Shown here piece after piece: positions 47,603 through 56,541 of a stretch of 64,000 bases of DNA. A model generated the notes under the pieces. That model did not search any database. It was not told the origin of the DNA and saw only the letters and a program-made list of their open reading frames with translations. A program made the translations under genes and the position numbers. The stretch covers positions 12,966 through 76,965 of the forward strand of contig JAEOSU010000029.1 of the NCBI GenBank assembly GCA_016840165.1, given 5' to 3'. The stretch is from Promethearchaeota archaeon. Lineage in GTDB: Archaea; Asgardarchaeota; Lokiarchaeia; Sigyniarchaeales; SOKP01. How positions within the stretch are numbered: position 1 is the first letter of the stretch; every line of letters starts with the position of its first letter.

Positions 47603-48253
47603 ATGTCAAATTTAGCATATTCTATATGTGAAATAATAATTATCATATTTTGTGTCTTGACTCTTTTCCCAATTATTCAATCTTGGCGAGACACTAAGAA
47701 TAGGATGTATATAGCTGTTTTTACTTTGACACTTGGAATTATTGGTTATTCGATAGCTAATTTACTAACATATTTATTTGAAATTGACACTACTGCATAC
47801 TTGATTGGAGGACTTCGATTTGGCTATATCCTTGGATATATGCTGGCTACAATTCAGTTCGAATTTATGCTTTACCTAAGGCGACTCATTAAATTATATA
47901 CTCTACCATTTATAATTGCATTTTATTTGATGTTAGGAAATATTTTAGTGATTAATAGTATTCCTTTCATTATATACCTAGCATTTATTACTTTTGTCCC
48001 AGCTTATATCCTTTTAAGAGATGGAAAAAGAAAACATAATGGATTAGCGTTCGGTATGGGAATGCTTTTTCTGCTATGGGGTATTGGACAAATGTTTCCA
48101 ATAACCATTGTGATTGCACTATTTCGAACTGTAGCTGTTTTCTCTTTCTTCTTAGGTACGCGTGGATTTTACGAAAAATACATCTTCCCACGGCAAGAAG
48201 AAGAAGAAAAAATCATGGGAACATGGATCTCTAAGTTAGTAGTTAAAGATTAA
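47603..48253 (+). CDS. 7-TM membrane protein B
   Basis: 216 aa, seven hydrophobic segments and charged tail EEEEKIMGTWISKL; starts 1 nt after the stop of A. Confidence 0.8.
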   Translation: MSNLAYSICEIIIIIFCVLTLFPIIQSWRDTKNRMYIAVFTLTLGIIGYSIANLLTYLFEIDTTAYLIGGLRFGYILGYMLATIQFEFMLYLRRLIKLYTLPFIIAFYLMLGNILVINSIPFIIYLAFITFVPAYILLRDGKRKHNGLAFGMGMLFLLWGIGQMFPITIVIALFRTVAVFSFFLGTRGFYEKYIFPRQEEEEKIMGTWISKLVVKD

Positions 48254-48433
48254 TCTTATTTTTTCTTATCTCTATTTTTATTTATTATTTTGTTAAATCA
48301 TCTACTTCTTTTGTGTGCTAAATTAATAATTTGTGGCAACAGAACAAAAAATGGATAAAAAAGATTATTTTTATAATCCAAATTATACCTTATTTTTAAG
48401 ATTATAAAATTACGTTTTGAAAAATTATAAATC

Positions 48434-49330
48434 ATGGCAGTTAAGAGTTTATTACGAAGGATTTTTACCAAAGAAAAGAAGATTGTAATCTGTGGTCTAG
48501 ATTCAGCAGGCAAAACAACTATGGTATCATTCCTTCAGAATGGAACCTTCATGGAACACACTCCAACCATGGGAAAAGAGATGACTACCATGGAAATTCA
48601 AGGCATAAGGATTAATATTATGGATATGGGAGGGCAAAAAGATTTCAGAGAGTTATGGACTGGCGAAGCCAATCATGCAGAATGTGTGATATTCATGATC
48701 GATGCCTATGCTCGGAAGAGATTTAATGAAGCTCGAGATGAATTATGGAAATTATCAAATGTTTTAAAAAAAAAACCGTTAGTCGTTCTAGCAAATAAGT
48801 ATGACCTCCATCCTGTTGCTCAGATTAGTGAGATAATTGATGTATTAGAACTTAAAAGATTACCTTCATTCGAAGTTCTACCTATATCATGTAAAACAGG
48901 TTATGGGATAGTAAGAGCATTCATGAAAATCTACTATAAATTAACTGGAAAGCAACTAACAAGACGCTTAAGTGTTAAAGGAGTGACAGTTTTCGACAAA
49001 GCCGGTATTCCACTTACCTCATCCTCAAATCAAGATATTTTACAAGGAGGATTATTTACCGCTATCAGCAGTTTTGTACAGGAATCCTTTAATTCAGAAC
49101 TCAACCAACTAAAGATTGGTAATCATATCATTGTCTTCAAACGTTCTAAAAACTTATTAGGGTCATTAGTGCTTAGTGATTCAGATAATATTGATCCCCA
49201 AGAAGCAGAAGATGGTTTAAGCGAACTTCTTTGTCATTTAGAAAATATGTGTCCCGAATTGGGAAGTGATCAATTAGAACCTCAGAAGATAGAATACTTA
49301 CTCGACCAATATGCTTCAAACTTATTGTAA
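48434..49330 (+). CDS. Arf-family GTPase with C-terminal roadblock/longin-like domain
   Basis: Amphipathic MAVKSLLRRIF; GLDSAGKTT, PTMG, DMGGQ..FRELW, LANKYD, SCKTG; C-domain VTVFDKAGIPL..GGLFTAISSFVQE. Confidence 0.9.
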   Translation: MAVKSLLRRIFTKEKKIVICGLDSAGKTTMVSFLQNGTFMEHTPTMGKEMTTMEIQGIRINIMDMGGQKDFRELWTGEANHAECVIFMIDAYARKRFNEARDELWKLSNVLKKKPLVVLANKYDLHPVAQISEIIDVLELKRLPSFEVLPISCKTGYGIVRAFMKIYYKLTGKQLTRRLSVKGVTVFDKAGIPLTSSSNQDILQGGLFTAISSFVQESFNSELNQLKIGNHIIVFKRSKNLLGSLVLSDSDNIDPQEAEDGLSELLCHLENMCPELGSDQLEPQKIEYLLDQYASNLL

Positions 49331-49378
49331 TACTACTTTTTCTATTATTATTTCAATTTAAATTTCCAAAACTAGTTT

Positions 49379-51751
49379 TTAAAATAAAGAGTTTAATTTA
49401 TTATCAAAGCTTTTGGAAATATTTTCCTTCATATTTTCTATACTATCTTTAAATTCACTAATATGCCTATTTAACTCTTGTTCTAACCTTGAATCTAAAG
49501 ATGTTGATTTTTCTAAGCTCTCAACTGCGGAAAAATATTCATTTTTTTCTAAATAGCAATGTCCCAAGAAGAGCCATGCCATAGCGTGGTCAGGTTCGAT
49601 TTCCGTTACCTTCTTATAGATATCAATCGCTTTATTAAGTTGGTTCTTCAACTTATAGGCATTTGCCATATTAAAGAAAGCCTCGGTATAGATAGGCTCA
49701 ATTTCAATTGCTTTTTCATATGATTCAATAGCTTCATCATATTCTTTTTTCTTAGTATAGACCAAACCCATGTGATTCCATGATTTTACATGGTTTTTAG
49801 TAAGATCTAAAGCTTTCTTAAATGAAGCTATGGCTTCATCATATTGCGCTTTATGAGAATTTGCTATTCCGATATAAAAGTAAGCATTGATATGAGTACT
49901 GTCGAGCTCAAGCGCTTTTTCACAGTCTCCAATCGCATGATCGAAATTATTAGTTTCAATTTCCTTTTTCGCTTTATTTATCAATTGGTTTTTATAATTA
50001 GTCTTAATGGGTACTTTATCCTTATACTCTGAGCTCTCGATTAAATCGTTTACCCGTATTGCTTTCTCGAAAAATTCGAAGCTATCTAAATAATTTCGAC
50101 TATCTGCTAACTGATTTGCTTGTTCTACAATGAGTTTGATTTCAGAATAGTGAACTTCATCAATAGCTAACTTAATTTTATTCATCTCTTCAAAACGGCG
50201 TTGTTCATCAACAATAGTTTTAGCATATTCCATTTTTTTATCTAGCTTCTCTAATTCTTTTTCAAATTTTTTCTGTTCTTCGACTAGATCTCCTCTCCCA
50301 ACTAAATCTTTTAATTCTGCTTGATAAATTAAACTCTTTATCTTGGCTATTTCCTCTTCCATTATTTCATTTAAGTACATCTTATTGGTAATATCCATAG
50401 CTTTTGTAAAGATTTCCAACGCTTCATTATAATTTTTTTGAGTAAGAAATGCTTTTCCTTCGACTAAGATTTCATTTATTTGAGATGAAAAAGCTTTATT
50501 AACAGAATCCTTTAATTTGTTTAATTCTTCATTTTCCTCTTCCCTAATAGGGATTTTCTTTGCAATACTAATCGCAGCATATAATTCATTTACAGCTCCT
50601 TCATAGTCTTTTTGCGCCAGTTTCCTTAGAGAATTGTCTCTTAATAAATCAATTCTGGTTAAACACACTTTTTTAATTAAATTTGAAATATTACTTACTT
50701 GGGTTTCTTTCTCCTTAGATTCAGCCATGTTTTCTGCGATATCTAAAGCTTCAGTAAAATCTCTAATTGCTTGATTCACTATGGTAAGATCTTGTGCATA
50801 ATATTCTCTGCCAGTTAATTCCTTACCTTTTTCTATCAAAGGCTCGATTCGAGACAAATAAACTGGATTTAATGCATCAGCAGAGACACTATTGATGTTT
50901 CGCATTACTTTCTCTTTTTGTTCTGATTCAAACATTTTCCTAGCAACCTCAAGAGCACTTTCAAACTCTTTTACGGCCTCTTTGAAATTATTTTGTGAAT
51001 AGAGTGATTTACCTTTTTCTAAGAGTGGTTCAATCAAGGTTGAATAGATTTGGTTTATAATAGTTTTTAGATTAATTGTTTGCGTTGTTTTTAAGTCAGA
51101 TTCATAAAATTTCTCTGTTATCTTTAAAGCATCCTTATAGGTTTCAATTGCTTCATAATGATTTCCCGTAGCCTTCAATTTATCTCCTTGTTCAGTTAAA
51201 AGGGTCACTTGACGGGAATATACTTCATTTGTGGTGTTTTTAATACGATCAATTATCTCGTGGTTTGGCTTAGTTTTATAAACTTTCTGAGCTTTGATTA
51301 AAGTATCTTTCAGTACATTTATTGCATTTTCATATCTATCCTCTTTCACTAATACTCCTGCCTTGTAAATTGTTTCCTCTAATTGATTATGGGTGATAGC
51401 ATTGTTAATTTCCTCAATTTCGTCATCTCTTAGTTCTTTTTCCTCGATTTTATCAGCGATTCTCATTGCCTCTTCATAAGTTTTATAAGCTCTATCATAA
51501 TCATTCTCATTCATAAAATTATAAGCCCTATTAGTAATATCGATAATCTCAATAACATAGATTTGATCAATTTCTGCTTTAAGATTTTCAATCTCATCAC
51601 GTTTTTCTTCAGGCTCCTTAACTCTATCCTCAATAAATTGTATGCCTTCTAAAAGTTTCTCGACTGCTTTATTATATTTTCTTTCTCCTTTTAGAGCTTC
51701 TGACTCTTCCATGATTGAATTTAATTTTTTTAAATCTGACTTTTTTACCAT
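49379..51751 (-). CDS. Helical-repeat protein with C-terminal canonical TPRs
   Basis: 790 aa; about 60-aa helical units, then 34-aa TPRs (WNHMGLVY..YDEAIESYEKAIEIEP). Confidence 0.85.
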   Translation of the reverse strand: MVKKSDLKKLNSIMEESEALKGERKYNKAVEKLLEGIQFIEDRVKEPEEKRDEIENLKAEIDQIYVIEIIDITNRAYNFMNENDYDRAYKTYEEAMRIADKIEEKELRDDEIEEINNAITHNQLEETIYKAGVLVKEDRYENAINVLKDTLIKAQKVYKTKPNHEIIDRIKNTTNEVYSRQVTLLTEQGDKLKATGNHYEAIETYKDALKITEKFYESDLKTTQTINLKTIINQIYSTLIEPLLEKGKSLYSQNNFKEAVKEFESALEVARKMFESEQKEKVMRNINSVSADALNPVYLSRIEPLIEKGKELTGREYYAQDLTIVNQAIRDFTEALDIAENMAESKEKETQVSNISNLIKKVCLTRIDLLRDNSLRKLAQKDYEGAVNELYAAISIAKKIPIREEENEELNKLKDSVNKAFSSQINEILVEGKAFLTQKNYNEALEIFTKAMDITNKMYLNEIMEEEIAKIKSLIYQAELKDLVGRGDLVEEQKKFEKELEKLDKKMEYAKTIVDEQRRFEEMNKIKLAIDEVHYSEIKLIVEQANQLADSRNYLDSFEFFEKAIRVNDLIESSEYKDKVPIKTNYKNQLINKAKKEIETNNFDHAIGDCEKALELDSTHINAYFYIGIANSHKAQYDEAIASFKKALDLTKNHVKSWNHMGLVYTKKKEYDEAIESYEKAIEIEPIYTEAFFNMANAYKLKNQLNKAIDIYKKVTEIEPDHAMAWLFLGHCYLEKNEYFSAVESLEKSTSLDSRLEQELNRHISEFKDSIENMKENISKSFDNKLNSLF

Positions 51752-51898
51752 TTTCTATTCGCCGAATTTAATTTGCGATTATGCATTTATAATTGCACTT
51801 AATCCATAGAATTGATTAAAATTTTTTAAACTTTTCTCAAAAAACCGAAGTGCAAGAGAAGAATTATTAAAATCTTAACCTACCCTCTATAATTATAA

Positions 51899-53530
51899 GT
51901 GAAGATCATGAAAAGTAGAAAATCAATAAAAAAAATCTATTTTGGGGGTCCAATTATTACTATGAATGCTTTTATGCCCATTGCAGAAGCGATTGGGGTT
52001 TCTGGTGAAACAATTAAGGCAGTTGGAACATTAGAATATGTAAAAAGTAAGTTCTATAATCATTATCAACTAATTAATTTAAATGGTAATACTATGATTC
52101 CCGGGTTCTGTGATTGCCATTTACACCCAATTATGTATATGAACTATTTATTAAGTCCCGATTTTTCTAATATTACTAATTTTACTCAATTTAAAGACTA
52201 TATCAAGCAAGTCACGAAAAAAAAACCTAGAGATCAATTAATTATAGGGTATAATTTAAGTGAAGAGAAATTTGACGATCCAGTTTTACCTAGCCGCTGG
52301 GATTTAGATGATGCATGCCCTAATAAGCCTTTTTTTATTTTGCGTTATGATAGTCATATAGGTATTGCAAATAGTAAAGCCTTAGAATTAGCAGGGATTA
52401 ATCAATTCACAATGCCACCGGATGGCGGGGAGATTCGCAAAGACAGTAATGGTTCTCTTACGGGTGTAATCTCTGAAAAAGCTTTAGAATTAATTTTTTC
52501 CCATATGAGTCTCCCAAATTATGAGGAAATGAAAGAAGCATTCATTCAAGTAACTCAGACGTTTGCAGAAAAAGGATTAACTTCAGTCCATGCTATTGTT
52601 GATGCGGAACCTCTCTTAAAACAAGATCAAAAAGAATTATCAGAATTTCTTATTTTTGAATCATTAAAAGATTTATTTCTTCAAAATTGTTGTTTTTTTA
52701 TTGAGATTGAAGAGCCTAAGGAATTAGTTAAACTTCAACTTACATCTCTGAATGAAAAAGATAAGTATGGAAAATTTAAGATAAGAGGCTTAAAGCTCTT
52801 CCTTGACGGTACTTTAGGGGCAAAAACCGCATGTATGCACGCACCTTTCACAGATGCACCTGATATGTCTGGATTCTGTGTCGTGGAAGAAGAAGAGGTT
52901 TATGAAAAGATGAAAATTGCTCATAACGAGGGATTCCAAGTTATTATCCATTCAATAGGCGATAAAGGGTGTAGAATTGCGATGGATTTATTCATTCGCT
53001 TATTAAAAGAATATCCGAGAGCTGATGCTCGACATCGAATTGAACATGCATCACTTCTGACTAAGGATGTAATTAGTGATATGGAAAAATACGGTGTTAT
53101 ATCATCCTGTCAGCCACCTTTTCTCAATTCAGAGTATCAATGGCTTGAAAAGCGCTTAGGAAAAGAACGAATTAAATATACTTATCCATTTAAATCTATA
53201 ATAGATAATGGAGCTATTTTGATTTCAGGTTCAGATTGTCCCATAGAGGATCCAAGCCCTATCCAGGGAATACATGCCTTAGTTAATCGAAATAATTTCG
53301 TCCCTGAACAGTGCATATCTGTTAAAGAAGCGCTGAAAACATACACCATTAATGCTGCTTTCGCAAGCTTTCAAGAAGATCTTAAAGGTAGTATCGAAGA
53401 AGGAAAACTGGCAGATCTTGTTGTATTAGATCAAAATCCAATTGATATTCCCAAAGAAAAAATCAAAGATCTTATGATAATTGAAACCATAATACGAGGT
53501 AAATCAGTGTATAAACGAGAAAGTAAGTAA
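51899..53530 (+). CDS. YtcJ-like metal-dependent amidohydrolase
   Basis: PGFCDCHLH, KLFLDGTLG, IHSIGD, RIEHA, GSDCP, GKLADLVVL. Confidence 0.92.
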   Translation: MKIMKSRKSIKKIYFGGPIITMNAFMPIAEAIGVSGETIKAVGTLEYVKSKFYNHYQLINLNGNTMIPGFCDCHLHPIMYMNYLLSPDFSNITNFTQFKDYIKQVTKKKPRDQLIIGYNLSEEKFDDPVLPSRWDLDDACPNKPFFILRYDSHIGIANSKALELAGINQFTMPPDGGEIRKDSNGSLTGVISEKALELIFSHMSLPNYEEMKEAFIQVTQTFAEKGLTSVHAIVDAEPLLKQDQKELSEFLIFESLKDLFLQNCCFFIEIEEPKELVKLQLTSLNEKDKYGKFKIRGLKLFLDGTLGAKTACMHAPFTDAPDMSGFCVVEEEEVYEKMKIAHNEGFQVIIHSIGDKGCRIAMDLFIRLLKEYPRADARHRIEHASLLTKDVISDMEKYGVISSCQPPFLNSEYQWLEKRLGKERIKYTYPFKSIIDNGAILISGSDCPIEDPSPIQGIHALVNRNNFVPEQCISVKEALKTYTINAAFASFQEDLKGSIEEGKLADLVVLDQNPIDIPKEKIKDLMIIETIIRGKSVYKRESK

Positions 53531-53611
53531 GAATTGATTTGAATGAATTCAAGTATTATCTGATTTACTTTTTCGTATTCTTTGACAAGTCTCTGTGTAT
53601 TATTTAACTTT

Positions 53612-54781
53612 TTAATCTGTAAAGTACAGATGTTCGTCGAATCCAGTTTCAGCTATCAGGTCTTGACCTAACTTTTGGATTGCTTTTTTTGTTGGATTAC
53701 GTAAAATTCGTCGAGTGATTTTTACAACTTTTTCTAGCTTATTATCAGGAAAATCGCGAATAATGTTATCATAACGCGAAAAGTCAATTCCCGCTGTATA
53801 AACACCTGCACTTCCATGACCTGCTGAAGAGGATACTTGCCAATGTTCCACTTTGAGTTCTATTTTGGAAAGGAGAAGGCTTGAAACAAACCATTCAAGA
53901 TATAGATCCATACGTTTAGATTTTCGTTTAGTTGTTTTAAGCATTTTTAAGGCACGGTTTAATCTATCGGGATGCATTTGTTTACATACTTGTTCTTGAA
54001 GGTCTGTGAGCCTATCTTTTACATAGGCTTTAATCATGCCTAATATCTCATTAACTTTTTGAGCCCGTTCTGCCGTAATATCTTGATGGATAGATTGTAT
54101 ATGATGCGCTAAAATATCTTCATATCCATTATTTCCTGATGATTCATTAGCAGAATCAGAAGATCCTTCATTCATTGCTAAACTTCCCGAAGCAGATTGT
54201 TGTATTTCACTAGGCACATTGTAAATTTCTTTTTGAGGTAAACTAAAAAGAGATTCTAATTGTGCCGGATCTTGTCTTACTTCATTAAACTTTGCTTGAA
54301 TTTCTTGGCGAGAATATCCCATATTCATTAAATAAAATGCAGCACTGGAGAGCTGACTTTCTAAGGCATCTAAGGCACTATAAGACGAAGTTGCACCAAA
54401 TTGTGCACGTAGTTGATCATCAGCCATTAAACTGATTTTATTTTCACTTATATCCTTTAGGGTTAGATCATTGAGTTTTGAGATTATAAATTGTACTTGT
54501 TCCTCCCCCAAATAATTCAAATTCCCAATTGGGCTAAGTAAATAGGATAATTGCTCCAACTTATCTAAATCAGCTTGAATTTCCCCTTGACTCTTTCCCC
54601 TTGAGATTTTGAGGAAATGATTCAAAAGGATTTTATTAAACCCCGCTATAACTTCAAGAGCTTTTTCATTGAAGCTATTTAAATGGTCCTCTAAACTATT
54701 TCCTTGAAATTCGGGAGGTAGTGCAATCTTATATACGATTACATTATCTAAAATCATATATACATAGTCGAATTTATCCAT
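53612..54781 (-). CDS. Hypothetical protein with UBA-like motif
   Basis: 389 aa; YLMNMGYSRQEI; Ser-rich linker; conserved-looking C-terminal region. Confidence 0.6.
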   Translation of the reverse strand: MDKFDYVYMILDNVIVYKIALPPEFQGNSLEDHLNSFNEKALEVIAGFNKILLNHFLKISRGKSQGEIQADLDKLEQLSYLLSPIGNLNYLGEEQVQFIISKLNDLTLKDISENKISLMADDQLRAQFGATSSYSALDALESQLSSAAFYLMNMGYSRQEIQAKFNEVRQDPAQLESLFSLPQKEIYNVPSEIQQSASGSLAMNEGSSDSANESSGNNGYEDILAHHIQSIHQDITAERAQKVNEILGMIKAYVKDRLTDLQEQVCKQMHPDRLNRALKMLKTTKRKSKRMDLYLEWFVSSLLLSKIELKVEHWQVSSSAGHGSAGVYTAGIDFSRYDNIIRDFPDNKLEKVVKITRRILRNPTKKAIQKLGQDLIAETGFDEHLYFTD

Positions 54782-54885
54782 AATTCCCTAATTCATGTGT
54801 ATTTTTTGAAAGCTGATATCTGTATTCATTAAAACTGAAAAAAAACCTATATAACATATAAAATTTATCTAATATATACTTTACA

Positions 54886-55383
54886 TTATCGCTTTTCTTG
54901 AAATTTTTTTGTAAGCATTCGGGCAAATTTTTTCTGTTCACGAGTTTCAAGACTACATGGTCTACGATTTCTAATCCAATCAACGGGATCGACTTGTTTT
55001 GGTATAAAATTATGATATGCTGACCATGCGATTATAAATTGGGCAGTTCTACCACACCCTGCCACGCAATGCACTACAATAGGTTTCTTCTGTTGAATGT
55101 ATAGATCAGATATATTAAGAAATTGTTGAATTTGTTCCATAGAAGGTACCCCATAATCTGGCACATTAAAATGATGATAAATAAACCCCTTTGGGATATC
55201 TTTTCGATTATCAAATTCAGAACAATTAATAACTACCGATATTCCCTCTTTTTTAAACCTTTCAAATAATTTCAAGTCCGGCCACCAACTAGCAGCTATC
55301 TTTCCTCTGATAATCCAACTAAATGATTCCGATTTCTCAGGCATCCCATTTTTAGGCCAATATGATGGCCAAACCCTGTTCAA
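54886..55383 (-). CDS. Dual-specificity protein phosphatase
   Basis: FSWI, VPDYGVP, VHCVAGCGRT (CX5R), IRNRRPCSLETREQ. Confidence 0.93.
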   Translation of the reverse strand: MNRVWPSYWPKNGMPEKSESFSWIIRGKIAASWWPDLKLFERFKKEGISVVINCSEFDNRKDIPKGFIYHHFNVPDYGVPSMEQIQQFLNISDLYIQQKKPIVVHCVAGCGRTAQFIIAWSAYHNFIPKQVDPVDWIRNRRPCSLETREQKKFARMLTKKFQEKR

Positions 55384-55482
55384 ACTAATCTCAACCTCTC
55401 AGTTACCTAAGTTTTTTTGCACGATAATATTTTATAGTAGTTTAATGGACTTTATAATTATTGAAAGAAAAATGCTTTAAAA

Positions 55483-55953
55483 ATGGTAAGAAAAAAAAAA
55501 TTAACGGCTTATGATACTCGAAAGTATCCCGTAAGACCCCATATAGGTGTTGGTATTCTTTTAATACGGGATAATAAATTGCTACTAGTTAAAAGGAAAT
55601 ACGATCCTGATGCGGAGTATTGGTCCATACCGGGAGGTCATCTCGAATTAGGAGAGAGAACAGTTCATGCAGCAGAAAGAGAAGGGTTTGAGGAAACTGG
55701 ATTTAAAGTAAAAATCGTTAAGTTGGCGGGTCTTATAGATAAAATAATGTATGATAAAAATGGAAAAATAGAATATCATTATGTACTGATTAATTATTTT
55801 GTCGAACAAATTGAAGGCGATCCAAATCAAGCTCCTATTCCCGATAGTGACGCCTTAAAAGCAAAATTTGTTCCTTTTGAGGATTTAAAAAGCTATCGCC
55901 TTACAGACTCTCTAATTGAGTTATTAAAAAAGCTTAAGATTGGTTATGAATAA
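55483..55953 (+). CDS. NUDIX hydrolase (ADP-ribose pyrophosphatase-like)
   Basis: WSIPGGHLELGERTVHAAEREGFEETG; YHYVLI. Confidence 0.92.
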   Translation: MVRKKKLTAYDTRKYPVRPHIGVGILLIRDNKLLLVKRKYDPDAEYWSIPGGHLELGERTVHAAEREGFEETGFKVKIVKLAGLIDKIMYDKNGKIEYHYVLINYFVEQIEGDPNQAPIPDSDALKAKFVPFEDLKSYRLTDSLIELLKKLKIGYE

Positions 55954-56073
55954 AGACCATTCATAATAATTAGTAGAAATGACAAAAGTGTAAAGTTTAT
56001 ATCCTACAACAGCTTAGTTTTTAATTACCCCGAAATCAATTTAAATTGAAAATTAAACAATGAGGTAGATAAT

Positions 56074-56394
56074 ATGCCGTATATAGTAACAACTATGTGG
56101 TATCCCACACATGTGAATGACGATATTGTGAAAAGATACTTAAAAATCACTAGAAACTATCCAGCGAAAGACGAGCTATACATACAACTCTGTGCCCCCC
56201 TTATGGTAACTAAAGAGGGTATTAAAATTATGACTGTTAGAGAACCAAAAAAAGGGAAATTTGAAGAAGCAATGACATACACTACGAAATTTCTCAATGA
56301 ATTTCTGGATATTGAAGGCTATTCTTATCAGATCGAGGTTTGGCACACATTTCAAGAAGCCCTTGCAATCGGTAATATTGAGGTGCCAGATTAA
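56074..56394 (+). CDS. Small hypothetical protein (WYP family)
   Basis: GAGGT SD; TMWYP...GIKIMTV...IEGYSYQIEVW. Confidence 0.75.
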   Translation: MPYIVTTMWYPTHVNDDIVKRYLKITRNYPAKDELYIQLCAPLMVTKEGIKIMTVREPKKGKFEEAMTYTTKFLNEFLDIEGYSYQIEVWHTFQEALAIGNIEVPD

Positions 56395-56541
56395 TTATTA
56401 ATCATTTTTTTTAATTTTTTATCTATTTTTTTAATTCTGTCTGAAATATAAGAAAAAAGAATATAATTTTATCATTATTACTTTATCATAGAGAATATTG
56501 GAATGATAAATAAAAAAGAAATAAATTCAAGGTTCTAAAAT

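Noticed and set aside
46957-48253. 7-TM proteins as rhodopsins (schizorhodopsin/heliorhodopsin)
   Set aside because: No DxxxK/SxxxK retinal-binding lysine within TM7 and no RYxxW-type TM3 motif.
56395-56541. TPP riboswitch upstream of thiC
   Set aside because: The region is extremely AT-rich with no recognisable TPP aptamer core (no CTGAGA element).
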